Source: Candidatus Poribacteria bacterium (GTDB lineage: Bacteria; Abyssobacteria; SURF-5). Taken from it: a stretch of 64,000 bases of DNA. Shown here in pieces: positions 36,170-44,484 of the stretch (the first letter of the stretch is position 1; the number at the start of each line of letters is the position of its first letter). Below the pieces are notes generated by a model. That model saw only the letters and a list, made by a program, of their open reading frames with translations. It did not search any database and was not told the origin of the DNA. A program made the translations under genes and the position numbers. The stretch spans positions 3,733 to 67,732 of the forward strand of contig JACRIR010000135.1 of the NCBI GenBank assembly GCA_016215705.1, read 5' to 3'.

Positions 36170-36861
36170 TCTTTCATCGCTTCCTTGCGGATTGTGTGTA
36201 CGTGTTCAACAATTACTTCAACTACTTGCTCTATGGACATCGCAGTAGTGTCAATCACGAGGGCATCCTCGACTTTTCGGAGTGGTCCCACTGCGCGTGT
36301 CATGTCCCTGCGGTCACGCGCGACCACTTCGCGCTCCAGGTCTTCCAATTCAACATTGTGGCCGGCGCGTTCAAGGTCGTTCTTTCGCCTGCGCGCTCGC
36401 TCGCGGCTCGAGGCGTCCAGATAGAATTTGAAGGGCGTGTCAGGAAAAACCACCGTTCCGATGTCGCGTCCCTCCATCGCGACACCGCGGGTGCGCCCCA
36501 TTTCCTGCTGCTGTCTGACGAGCACTTCCCGAACCGCTCCGATGGTGGCGATCCTGGAGCTTGCCTCGGTCACCTCGGGCTCACGGATAAGATGAGTTAT
36601 CTCCTTGCCGTCGGCGAACACCCGCGCCCCCCGGTCTGCCGGAGCGAGTTCGATCTTCATTTGTCTCGCCAGTTCCGCGACTATTCTCGCGTCCGAAATA
36701 TCCGTTTTCGTCGTGAGCGCCTTCCATGCGACAGCTCGATACATGGCGCCGGAGTCAATGTATAGCAGCGAAAGCCTGCGCGCCACCAGTTTGGCCACCG
36801 TGCTTTTGCCCGCTCCGGCGGGTCCGTCAATGGCGACGACTATATGGTTTCTTTTGTCCAT
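36166..36861 (-). CDS. cmk: cytidylate kinase
   Basis: P-loop AIDGPAGAGKST, then YIDSGAMYRA, in a typical Cmk layout. Confidence 0.92.
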   Translation of the reverse strand: MDKRNHIVVAIDGPAGAGKSTVAKLVARRLSLLYIDSGAMYRAVAWKALTTKTDISDARIVAELARQMKIELAPADRGARVFADGKEITHLIREPEVTEASSRIATIGAVREVLVRQQQEMGRTRGVAMEGRDIGTVVFPDTPFKFYLDASSRERARRRKNDLERAGHNVELEDLEREVVARDRRDMTRAVGPLRKVEDALVIDTTAMSIEQVVEVIVEHVHTIRKEAMKE

Positions 36862-36863
36862 TG

Positions 36864-38030
36864 TTAAACGAGAGCCTCGAGAAAACTCTCTCCTTCTTCC
36901 AGCGGCGATAGATCGAGGAAATCAGCTATGGTTGCGCCCACGTCAGCGAAGGTCTCCCGCACTCCCAGGCTGATCCCCTCCCTGTGTCCCGATGACAGGG
37001 CGAGCAGCGGAACGTACTCACGCGAATGGTCGGTGCTCGGTGTAGTCGGATCATTGCCGTGATCGCCGGTGATGAAGAAAAGCTGATCCGAAGCCATCAG
37101 TTCCATATATAAGGGGATTGCAGCGTCAAATTCCATCAGCGCTCGAGCGTAGCCGGCTGAATCGTTGCGATGCCCGTATTTCATGTCGAAATCGACAAGG
37201 TTCGCGAATAGCAGTCCCTCGAACCGCTTCTGCATCTTCTCCGCGATGACTTTGATCCCTTCTGTATTTGATTCCACGTGTCTGCATTCCGTGAAGCCGC
37301 GCCCTGCGAAAATATTATCGATCTTGCCGACACCCTGCACTTCCATGCCTGCGTAGAGGGTTTTGTCGAGAAGTGTAGGGGACGGCGGCTCGACCGAGAA
37401 ATCCTTGCGGTCAACCGTGCGAACGAAGCTACCCGGCTCGCCCGAATAGGGTCGCGCTATGACGCGGCTCACTCCGTAAGGCCCTGTAAGCATGGCGCGA
37501 GCGGTCTCGCATACGCGGTAAAGCTCATCCAGCGGAATTATGCTCACGTGGGCGGCCACTTGAAAAACGCTATCGGCGGACGTGTACACTATAAGTTCCC
37601 CGGTCCGCAATTGACGCGGGCCAAGCTCATCGATTATCTCGGTCCCCGACGCGGTCTTGTTGCCGATTACCTTGCGCCCCACCTTTTTCTCAAATCGTTC
37701 GATCAATTCGCCGTCGAACCCGTTTGGAAACAGCGGAAAGGGTTCTGAAAGTATGGCGCCCATCATTTCCCAATGACCGGCAGTTGTGTCTTTGCCGGGG
37801 GAGCGCTCGGCCATTTTGCCGTAGCAGGCTGCCGGATTCGGGGTGGGGGAGACGCCTGCAATCGGCATTATGTTGCCAAGACCCATCCTCCGCATGTTGG
37901 GGAGACAGAAGCCGTCGAGCGAAGCGGCTGCGTGCGAGAGTGAATTCGAGCCTTCATCCCCATATAAATTTGCGTCGGGCAGGGCGCCGCAGCCCACACC
38001 GTCGAGCACAATCAGAACCGCCCTGGCCAT
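36864..38030 (-). CDS. deoB: phosphopentomutase
   Basis: 388 aa with VLDGVGCG at the N-terminus and TGDHGNDPT near the C-terminus (alkaline-phosphatase-like metalloenzyme motifs). Confidence 0.9.
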   Translation of the reverse strand: MARAVLIVLDGVGCGALPDANLYGDEGSNSLSHAAASLDGFCLPNMRRMGLGNIMPIAGVSPTPNPAACYGKMAERSPGKDTTAGHWEMMGAILSEPFPLFPNGFDGELIERFEKKVGRKVIGNKTASGTEIIDELGPRQLRTGELIVYTSADSVFQVAAHVSIIPLDELYRVCETARAMLTGPYGVSRVIARPYSGEPGSFVRTVDRKDFSVEPPSPTLLDKTLYAGMEVQGVGKIDNIFAGRGFTECRHVESNTEGIKVIAEKMQKRFEGLLFANLVDFDMKYGHRNDSAGYARALMEFDAAIPLYMELMASDQLFFITGDHGNDPTTPSTDHSREYVPLLALSSGHREGISLGVRETFADVGATIADFLDLSPLEEGESFLEALV

Positions 38031-38031
38031 C

Positions 38032-39138
38032 TTATGCGACTCCGCGTCCCGCTTTCCCGCGGGCGGGCTTCTTGTGTCCCCTGCTTGAGCCTCCGCAAAG
38101 AGCCGCTGTGATAGCGCGCTTGTAAGGCGGGCGTATTATTCCTTTTTCCGTAATGAGCGCAGTGATGAGTCTCGCGGGCGTCACGTCGAAGGCCGGATTG
38201 TAGACATTAACGTTGCGCGGAGCGGTTCGCTTGCCCATGCCTTCGGTAACCTCGTCCGGACTACGCTGCTCGATGGGGATTTCCTCTCCACTTCGCAAGG
38301 TGAGATCAAACGTCGAACTCGGGGCTGCCACGTAAAAAGGGATGCCATGCGCTCGTGCGAGCACCGCCACGCTGTATGTCCCTATTTTATTTGCCGCGTC
38401 GCCGTTTGCGGCGATTCGGTCAGCGCCCGTTATCACGAGGTCAACCTTGCCCTCTCGCATCACCTGGGCCGCCATGTTATCACAAATAAGTGTCACGTCG
38501 ATTCCGGCCTGCATCAACTCCCACGCCGTAAGTCTCGCCCCTTGCAGTAGCGGGCGCGTTTCGTCCGCAATGACGCGCACCTTCTTCCTTTTTTCGTTTG
38601 CAACGAAGATGGCTGCCAGGGCTGTGCCTACCCCTCCCGTCGCCAGCGCGCCGGCATTACAGTGAGTGAGAACCGTGGCGCCCGAGCGAATTAGCCTGGC
38701 CCCGTGTTCGCCGATCTTTCGGCAAAGATTCCGATCCTCGTCGTGAATAAGAAGCGCCTCTTCCCGCAGGGCCGACATGATACGGTCGGGCGGCTGCCCT
38801 TTCATGTTGCGGGCCACCGAACGCATGCGCTCGAGCGCCCACTTGAGATTGACGGCTGTCGGCCGCGCGGATGCGAGATAGGAGACGGCCTCGTCAAGCT
38901 TCTTCGTGAGCGCGTCTGAAGACGTGGCTTTGTTGTTCCGCAGCGCGACGAGCACGCCGAACGCGGCTGCTATTCCGATGGCGGGCGCTCCCCGCACCTT
39001 CAGTTGCTTTATCGCATCCCATACGTCCTCAACGGTGTCACAATACACGTATGACAACTCGGCCGGAAGTCTTGTCTGGTCGATTATTTTAAGTCGTCCG
39101 TCTTCCCACGCTATTGTCTCAGGCCTTGTGTCAGGCAT
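38032..39138 (-). CDS. mtnA: S-methyl-5-thioribose-1-phosphate isomerase (eIF-2B alpha/beta/delta family)
   Basis: RGAPAIGIAAAFG and THCNAGALATGGVGTAL are MtnA-type motifs. Only 1 nt separates it from deoB. Confidence 0.8.
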   Translation of the reverse strand: MPDTRPETIAWEDGRLKIIDQTRLPAELSYVYCDTVEDVWDAIKQLKVRGAPAIGIAAAFGVLVALRNNKATSSDALTKKLDEAVSYLASARPTAVNLKWALERMRSVARNMKGQPPDRIMSALREEALLIHDEDRNLCRKIGEHGARLIRSGATVLTHCNAGALATGGVGTALAAIFVANEKRKKVRVIADETRPLLQGARLTAWELMQAGIDVTLICDNMAAQVMREGKVDLVITGADRIAANGDAANKIGTYSVAVLARAHGIPFYVAAPSSTFDLTLRSGEEIPIEQRSPDEVTEGMGKRTAPRNVNVYNPAFDVTPARLITALITEKGIIRPPYKRAITAALCGGSSRGHKKPARGKAGRGVA

Positions 39139-39302
39139 TGATGGATCTCCTCATTCTCAGTCAGTCGCAGAGACTGGCATTATTTTATTCATTGGACAAA
39201 TCCCCCCTCCCCCTTTATTAAGGGGAGAAAGCGGAGGCCCTTTTATAAAGGCGGAAAGAAGACCTTTGATGAAAGGGGATGGGGGAGTTCTCTTCATAGG
39301 TT

Positions 39303-41039
39303 CTACCGCATATAACCGCCGAGATTCGCAGGCGCGCAATTCTCCGTATATAAAGCAAGCAATCCGGTTCGTGCAGGCGGCCTGTGTTCGGGCAGGTTCT
39401 GCAAGCGGTCCTTCAGAATCCTATCGATTTCAGCCTCCGATTCTTCTTCACCGTCTGCGCCCACGAGATCAAGCCGTCCGTTCTCGACGTCGATCAGAAT
39501 GAGATCGTCATCCTCAATCGCTGCGATGGGACCGCCGTCCGCAGCTTCGGGGCACACATGGCCTACGCACGGGCCCTTCGAGCCGCCTGAGAATCTGCCG
39601 TCCGTTATGAGCGCCACGCTCCTGCTGAGGATTCTGTCCGATGCTATTGCCTCTGTCACATAGTATTGCTCCGGCATGCCGTTGCACCGGGGGCCTTGAT
39701 AGCGTATGACGAGGGCATCCCCCGGGCGTATTTTCTTCTCATAAATGGCTTCCAGGGCGTCCGCCGGATTATCATACACACGGGCCTTGCCCGTAAAATG
39801 CATCATCTCTTTCTCGACGGCCGACCTTTTCATCACCGCGCCGTCGGGCGCAATATTTCCCCATAGGACGGCCAGACCGCCGGTGTCTTTCAAAGGATCC
39901 GTGACCGGTCGGACGATATCGATCTTGCCGAGCGAATAATTCTCGAGGAATCGGGGCCTGTTCTGGAAGAATCCCTCCTTCTCGAGTTGCGCCAGATTCT
40001 CGCCGACTGTTTTGCCCGTGACCGTGAGCGCATCAAGATGGAGATATTCCCTGAGTTCGCGCATGATGGCGGGAACTCCGCCTGCCGCCCACACCATGCT
40101 CGCGGGATGCGAGCCCGTTGGGCGCACGTTAAGGATCACAGGCACGCGGTTGTTTATTTTGGAAACCGTCTCGAGCGAGAACTCGAGGTCGAGCTCATGC
40201 GCGATTGCGGGCAAATGCAGCAGAGCGTTCGTGGACCCACTGATGGCGGCGAGAACCACGAGCGCGTTTTCAATAGCTTCCTGCGTGAGTATCCTTTCGG
40301 CCGTAAGCCTTTTGTCAAAAAGTTTCAACACCGTATTGCCTGTGCGCCGCGCTATCCGCGCCTGCAGCATGTATCCGGCCGGCAGGAGCGCCGAGCCCGG
40401 CAGCGCCATCCCGAGCGCCTCGGAAAGTATCTGCATCGTGTTCGCCGTGCCGAGAAACGCGCACGTGCCCGCGGTCGGACACGCATGGGTGCGATAGAAT
40501 TGGTAGTCTTTTCGCGTCATTGCGCGTCGCCGGTAACGCGAATAATATGTGCCGACCATGTCGAGTGTCGTGTCGGACGGGCCTGCCTGCATCACTCCGC
40601 CCGGCATGAAAATGGCGGGTATTCTGAGCCTCGCCGCCGCTATGAGATGCGCCGGAACGCTCTTGTCACAGCCCGAAATGAAAATGGCGCCGTCGAAGTG
40701 GCCCGCTTGCGCATGGAGCTCCGACGCCATTGCGAGCACCTCCCGTGAGGCAAGCGAGTAACTCATCGCCTCGGTGCCCTGGGCAATCCCGTCGCACATA
40801 TCGGTGCAATAATGGATGGACGGGGCGCCACCCGCCTCGATGACACCGTCCCTCGCCACCCGCGCCAAATCCGACAGGTGAACTGAGCATGGATGCGAAT
40901 CGCCGCCCGAGCATTCAATGAGAGTCCACGGTTTCTCGAGGTCGGCCTTTGTCCAGCCGGTCCCGAGTCTGAGCGCGTCGGCCTCGGGCGCCTGCGCTCT
41001 TCGCTCGATGCTCAGCCTGTCTTTCTTCCGATGTGGCAT
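39303..41039 (-). CDS. IlvD/Edd-family dehydratase (sugar-acid/dihydroxy-acid dehydratase)
   Basis: 578 aa with SGCDKSVPAHL, the cluster-ligand region HYCTDMCDG and the ...GRFSGGSKGPCVGHVCPEA motif. Substrate cannot be assigned from sequence alone. Confidence 0.85.
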   Translation of the reverse strand: MPHRKKDRLSIERRAQAPEADALRLGTGWTKADLEKPWTLIECSGGDSHPCSVHLSDLARVARDGVIEAGGAPSIHYCTDMCDGIAQGTEAMSYSLASREVLAMASELHAQAGHFDGAIFISGCDKSVPAHLIAAARLRIPAIFMPGGVMQAGPSDTTLDMVGTYYSRYRRRAMTRKDYQFYRTHACPTAGTCAFLGTANTMQILSEALGMALPGSALLPAGYMLQARIARRTGNTVLKLFDKRLTAERILTQEAIENALVVLAAISGSTNALLHLPAIAHELDLEFSLETVSKINNRVPVILNVRPTGSHPASMVWAAGGVPAIMRELREYLHLDALTVTGKTVGENLAQLEKEGFFQNRPRFLENYSLGKIDIVRPVTDPLKDTGGLAVLWGNIAPDGAVMKRSAVEKEMMHFTGKARVYDNPADALEAIYEKKIRPGDALVIRYQGPRCNGMPEQYYVTEAIASDRILSRSVALITDGRFSGGSKGPCVGHVCPEAADGGPIAAIEDDDLILIDVENGRLDLVGADGEEESEAEIDRILKDRLQNLPEHRPPARTGLLALYTENCAPANLGGYMR

Positions 41040-41066
41040 AAAGCCTCCTGGCCATTGTTAACGTAT

Positions 41067-41102
41067 TATTGGGGATATCATGCGACATGGTGTCCCCAAT
41101 TA
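41067..41102. repeat. family-1 palindrome, degenerate copy
   Basis: GGGGATATCATGCGACATGGTGTCCCC, with the two left-arm differences giving T:G oppositions. AT-rich flanks. Confidence 0.75.
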
Positions 41103-41108
41103 TGATTT

Positions 41109-41735
41109 CTAGACTTGAATCAACACGGCTCTGCAAGGTGAGCCGTCACCCCCTGCAATGCGCAGCGGGAGACAGATAAGCTCGTAACTGCCCGGTTCTA
41201 CCTCCGACAAATTCAAACCTTCAACCACAACGACCCCCGCTCCAAGCAACGCGCGATGAACCACAGAGTCAGCCGAGCCAAATTTTTCGACCGAAAGATA
41301 GTCAATTCCGACCAGCTTCACACCTGCCTGAATAAGATATCCGGCAGTGTCTTCCGCTATATAAACGAAATCCTTTCGGAATTCTTTCTCGCGCCACAAC
41401 CGGGAATTTCGTGTTTTGAAGAGGACTCGTTTTTCCCCTTTCAATGGAGCAGTCGCAAGCTCCTGATGTTTGATTTCAACCGGGTCGGTAACCTCGACGA
41501 CGGCGGCGCGCCCGATCAGAACGTCGGGCGGTATCTCGTCTATCGACTTGCCGCCCTTGATGAAATGTAGCGGCGCGTCGATGTGCGTGCCTGTATGCGT
41601 GCCCAGGAACAGGCGCGACACGTTGTACGGGTCGCCTTTTTCAATTGATGAAGCGGATATCACCTCGACCGGCGTATCCCCTTCATAAACCGGCATCCCG
41701 GCGCAGATAGGCACGGATATATCATAGTATTTCAT
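41109..41735 (-). CDS. cyclase-family protein (kynurenine formamidase-like)
   Basis: The HxGTHxDxPxH motif is present (GTHTGTHIDAPLHF). Start set at MKYYDISVPI; the longer ORF would begin 4 nt from a palindromic repeat. Confidence 0.8.
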   Translation of the reverse strand: MKYYDISVPICAGMPVYEGDTPVEVISASSIEKGDPYNVSRLFLGTHTGTHIDAPLHFIKGGKSIDEIPPDVLIGRAAVVEVTDPVEIKHQELATAPLKGEKRVLFKTRNSRLWREKEFRKDFVYIAEDTAGYLIQAGVKLVGIDYLSVEKFGSADSVVHRALLGAGVVVVEGLNLSEVEPGSYELICLPLRIAGGDGSPCRAVLIQV

Positions 41736-41760
41736 CGGTCTTTTATGATAGGGCATTCGT

Positions 41761-41861
41761 CATAATCCGGGGACACCATGCCGCATGGTGTCCCCGGATT
41801 ATGACGCCCCCGCATGGTGTCCCCGGATTATGACGCCCCCGCGTGGTGTCCCCGGATTATG
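41761..41861. repeat. family-1 palindrome plus two extra right-arm copies at 29-nt period
   Basis: CATAATCCGGGGACACCATGCCGCATGGTGTCCCCGGATTATG, followed by ACGCCCCCGCATGGTGTCCCCGGATTATG and ACGCCCCCGCGTGGTGTCCCCGGATTATG. Arm starts are at 41783, 41812 and 41841. Confidence 0.9.
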
Positions 41862-41917
41862 CAACACGATTATGTTCACGCCGCTATCCGAGCGCGTCGG
41901 CCACAAAGAGCAATTTC

Positions 41918-42268
41918 CTACCGAAGATTACGTGAGGAAGAATGTGGAGGGTGAGGTTGGCTCCATCGCTTGAGCGCTCTTACCTCGGAAACAAACTTGC
42001 GGATGTCTTTCTCCAGCCCCTCTATCATATCGTCCAGCACATTCGAACTGGGGGTCCTGATAAAACTGCCCTCGAGCAGCCTTTCAACGTCCTTCACCAT
42101 CCGGTTTAGATACGGTCGAACGTTCCCTATTGTGTCACCGATGATCTTGTCGACCCGGCGCATCAGTTCTTCATCCGACGGCCTGGGGCGTGTCAGCACG
42201 CTGAACTCCTCATCTGCGCTGCATCCCAACTCTAGTTGCCTCGTGTCCGGCTCTTTCATGGCTTTCAT
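41918..42268 (-). CDS. hypothetical protein (no family recognised)
   Basis: ORF with ATG at 42268 (AAGGA 4 nt upstream) or GTG at 42292. It lies downstream of a near-consensus promoter at 42357..42385. The C-terminal ~10 aa may run into repeat DNA. Confidence 0.4.
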   Translation of the reverse strand: MKAMKEPDTRQLELGCSADEEFSVLTRPRPSDEELMRRVDKIIGDTIGNVRPYLNRMVKDVERLLEGSFIRTPSSNVLDDMIEGLEKDIRKFVSEVRALKRWSQPHPPHSSSRNLR

Positions 42269-42356
42269 GAAATCCTTGGGGGACGGCCTCACGTTTTCCC
42301 CCTAACAAAGGGGGTAAGGGGGAATTTCTCCTCATAATCCTGCTTCTCTCGTCTGA

Positions 42357-42385
42357 ATTATATATGTTCAAATGCCAAATTGCAA
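42357..42385 (-). promoter_or_regulatory. near-consensus sigma70 promoter (TTGCAA-N17-TATAAT)
   Basis: The minus strand reads cTTGCAAtttggcatttgaacataTATAATtcag, with -35 at 42385-42380 and -10 at 42362-42357. Confidence 0.6.
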
Positions 42386-42578
42386 GGCAAAAGAGAGTGT
42401 CTCGCCGGAATTTATGAAATGAAAACCTTTATTTAACTGATTGCTTTGACACCACTTATAAATGTATGGGCGGCCAACGCCACCGGGACAAAAGGGAGAC
42501 GGAAACTAATGACGAGTGATGAATGATGAACAAATAGGAACACGGCGAAGGGGATGGATCAAACCGCAAAGGCGCGGC

Positions 42579-42718
42579 GGGAGCAATGAATTGCGCCCCT
42601 ACAGACAAGAATGAAGAGAATCGGGGACACGATGTCGAATCAGTGTCCCCGATTCTCTGACGCGCGATTCATCGCGCCCGATATGTTCTGTTTGGCTGCG
42701 GCCACACCTGGCTATGCT
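42579..42718. repeat. second copy of the family-3 doublet (opposite orientation) with extended flank homology
   Basis: Its reverse complement aligns to 26268-26367, including GCCGCAGCCAAACAGNACATATCGGGCGCGATGAATCGCGC and GTAGGGGCGCAATTCATTGC. The spacer is interrupted by the family-1 palindrome. Confidence 0.8.
42615..42658. repeat. family-1 palindrome nested inside a family-3 doublet
   Basis: AGAGAATCGGGGACACGATGTCGAATCAGTGTCCCCGATTCTCT. Confidence 0.85.
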
Positions 42719-42814
42719 TCCGTTTGATTCTGCCTCTTCTTCTCGCCTCCATGATCTGAATGACGTTCATGGTGAAAGAAGCTCTTCGCTGCGCTCAGGA
42801 TGACGGTCAAGGGC

Positions 42815-44194
42815 TTAGAAGAATCCGTCCTTGCGCATGTCGGTTAGTGAGGCTTTGAAGGCGCCGATTAGCGTGTCAACATCTTCCGGCTTGTGGGCGA
42901 TGGAGAGGAAGACGACGTGGCTGTCGGGCATGTGGACGCCATGGCGCCGCATGTAATAGCTAAGAAGCTTTCCAGCCACCATGTTCGCGTTTTTCTCCAG
43001 TTGGCGCATGTCCTCGGGATCATCTTCGAGGAAATGAGAGACGAAGGCGCTCTCGAAACCCATCATGCGGAAGGGCACATTATTCTTGCGCGCAAACTCC
43101 TGCACCGCGCCGGTAAGGCGTCCGCCTTGTTCCCTGAGATAGGGATATACAGTGCCCTGGTTTTCTTTGAGATAATTGAGTTGAGCATAGCCCGCCGCGC
43201 ACGAGACAATGTTGCCGGCATTGGTCCCGACGGAGTGAATTTTCGTGTTGACGTCCTCGCGGGGGTCACCCGTGGTGACTGCGACCTCCATGATGTCGTG
43301 TCTGCCCACGACCGCTCCGAGCGGCAGTCCGCCACCCATTATCTTGCCGAAGGTCGTCATATCGGGAACGATGTCCCACCTGTCCTGCGCGCCTCCGAAG
43401 CAGGTGCGGAATCCTGTCACCACCTCGTCGAAAATGAGAAGCACATTCGCTTCCTTTGTCACTTGTCTCAGTTTTCTCAGAAACTCGATGTTGAGTTTTG
43501 GCCAGCCGGGCCCCATCGGCTCGAGGATGACGCAGGCGAGGTCCCTCGCGTTCTCACGAATGATATTGAACGCGGCCTCGTTATCGCGAGGGAGCACCAT
43601 CGTCGTATTCAGGATGTGTTTGCAGATGCCCGGTGTGTCGAGCACGCCCTCGGGCCTGTCTTTTGTGCCCCGGCGCTCAGTGCCCAGGTTTGAGCTGACC
43701 ATCACATCCGGATGCGTGCCGTGATACCCGCCTTCGAACTTGGCGATTTTCTCGCGACCCATGAATGCGCGCGCTATCTTTATTGCCTGCATCGTCGCCT
43801 CGGTGCCCGAATTTGTGAATTGAAGACGCTCCGCGCACGCGACGTTGTCAATGATGAGCTTTGCGAGCTTGTACTCGAACTCGTGACCCACCACCACACT
43901 CGTGCCGAGCGTAACTGCCTCCTGCACTGCCTTGACGACGACATCCGGCCCGTGTCCCAGTATGAGCGGCCCGTAGCTCATCGCGATATCGATGAACTCG
44001 TTGCCATCGAGATCGACCAACCTGCAACCCTTTGCCTTCTTGATGATCATTGGGACAAACGGCGAATGGCGCGGCCCCTCCGTGAACCATGAAATCACGC
44101 CTGCTTTCTGCCGCTCCGCGTGCGCTTCCATGCACTTCTTCTGCTTTACAATCAGTTCTTGAATGATCGGCAATTCCTTGACCTCTTCGAGCAT
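42815..44194 (-). CDS. class-III pyridoxal-phosphate aminotransferase/aminomutase (glutamate-1-semialdehyde aminomutase-like)
   Basis: 459 aa with FTNSGTEATMQAIKIAR, FDEVVTGFR and the PLP-lysine context TTFGKIMGGGLP. Confidence 0.85.
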   Translation of the reverse strand: MLEEVKELPIIQELIVKQKKCMEAHAERQKAGVISWFTEGPRHSPFVPMIIKKAKGCRLVDLDGNEFIDIAMSYGPLILGHGPDVVVKAVQEAVTLGTSVVVGHEFEYKLAKLIIDNVACAERLQFTNSGTEATMQAIKIARAFMGREKIAKFEGGYHGTHPDVMVSSNLGTERRGTKDRPEGVLDTPGICKHILNTTMVLPRDNEAAFNIIRENARDLACVILEPMGPGWPKLNIEFLRKLRQVTKEANVLLIFDEVVTGFRTCFGGAQDRWDIVPDMTTFGKIMGGGLPLGAVVGRHDIMEVAVTTGDPREDVNTKIHSVGTNAGNIVSCAAGYAQLNYLKENQGTVYPYLREQGGRLTGAVQEFARKNNVPFRMMGFESAFVSHFLEDDPEDMRQLEKNANMVAGKLLSYYMRRHGVHMPDSHVVFLSIAHKPEDVDTLIGAFKASLTDMRKDGFF

Positions 44195-44484
44195 GATCGT
44201 ATCCCCCTTTCAAAACGACCCATTCTCTTGTCCGCAAAGGCCCTCAGACCCGAGACGCAAAGGACACAAACAAAGATGCAGTTTTCTTCGCATCCCTTGA
44301 TTCTTATGTTTGCATCGAAGAACTTATTATACCACTCGATGTCGGTCCTGACCTATTCGCTGCGTGCGCGTGACGCAGTCTTTGCCCACAGGTGGCGTCA
44401 TGAGGTCGTCGTTGCGCAGGAATGTCTGGTAGGAAAAAACCGATAAATGCGGGATGGGGGATGGCGCGTGAAACCAGGGTGGCC

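Noticed and set aside
38032-39138. Alternative call as ribose-1,5-bisphosphate isomerase (same eIF-2B-like family) given adjacency to phosphopentomutase
   Set aside because: The THCNAGALAT-type motif is what I associate with MtnA rather than R15P isomerases, and no AMP phosphorylase or RuBisCO is nearby. Kept as mtnA with reduced confidence.
39139-39302. Possible SAM or other riboswitch upstream of mtnA
   Set aside because: The spacer is fully accounted for by 1.5 copies of the family-4 C-tract/G-tract repeat. No riboswitch core is recognisable.
41783-41861. Three evenly spaced ~23-nt repeats (29-nt period) that might look like a mini CRISPR array
   Set aside because: The 'spacers' are only ~6 nt and nearly identical. 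The repeats are arms of the dispersed family-1 palindrome. No cas genes or leader are present. Treated as a repeat-element variant instead.
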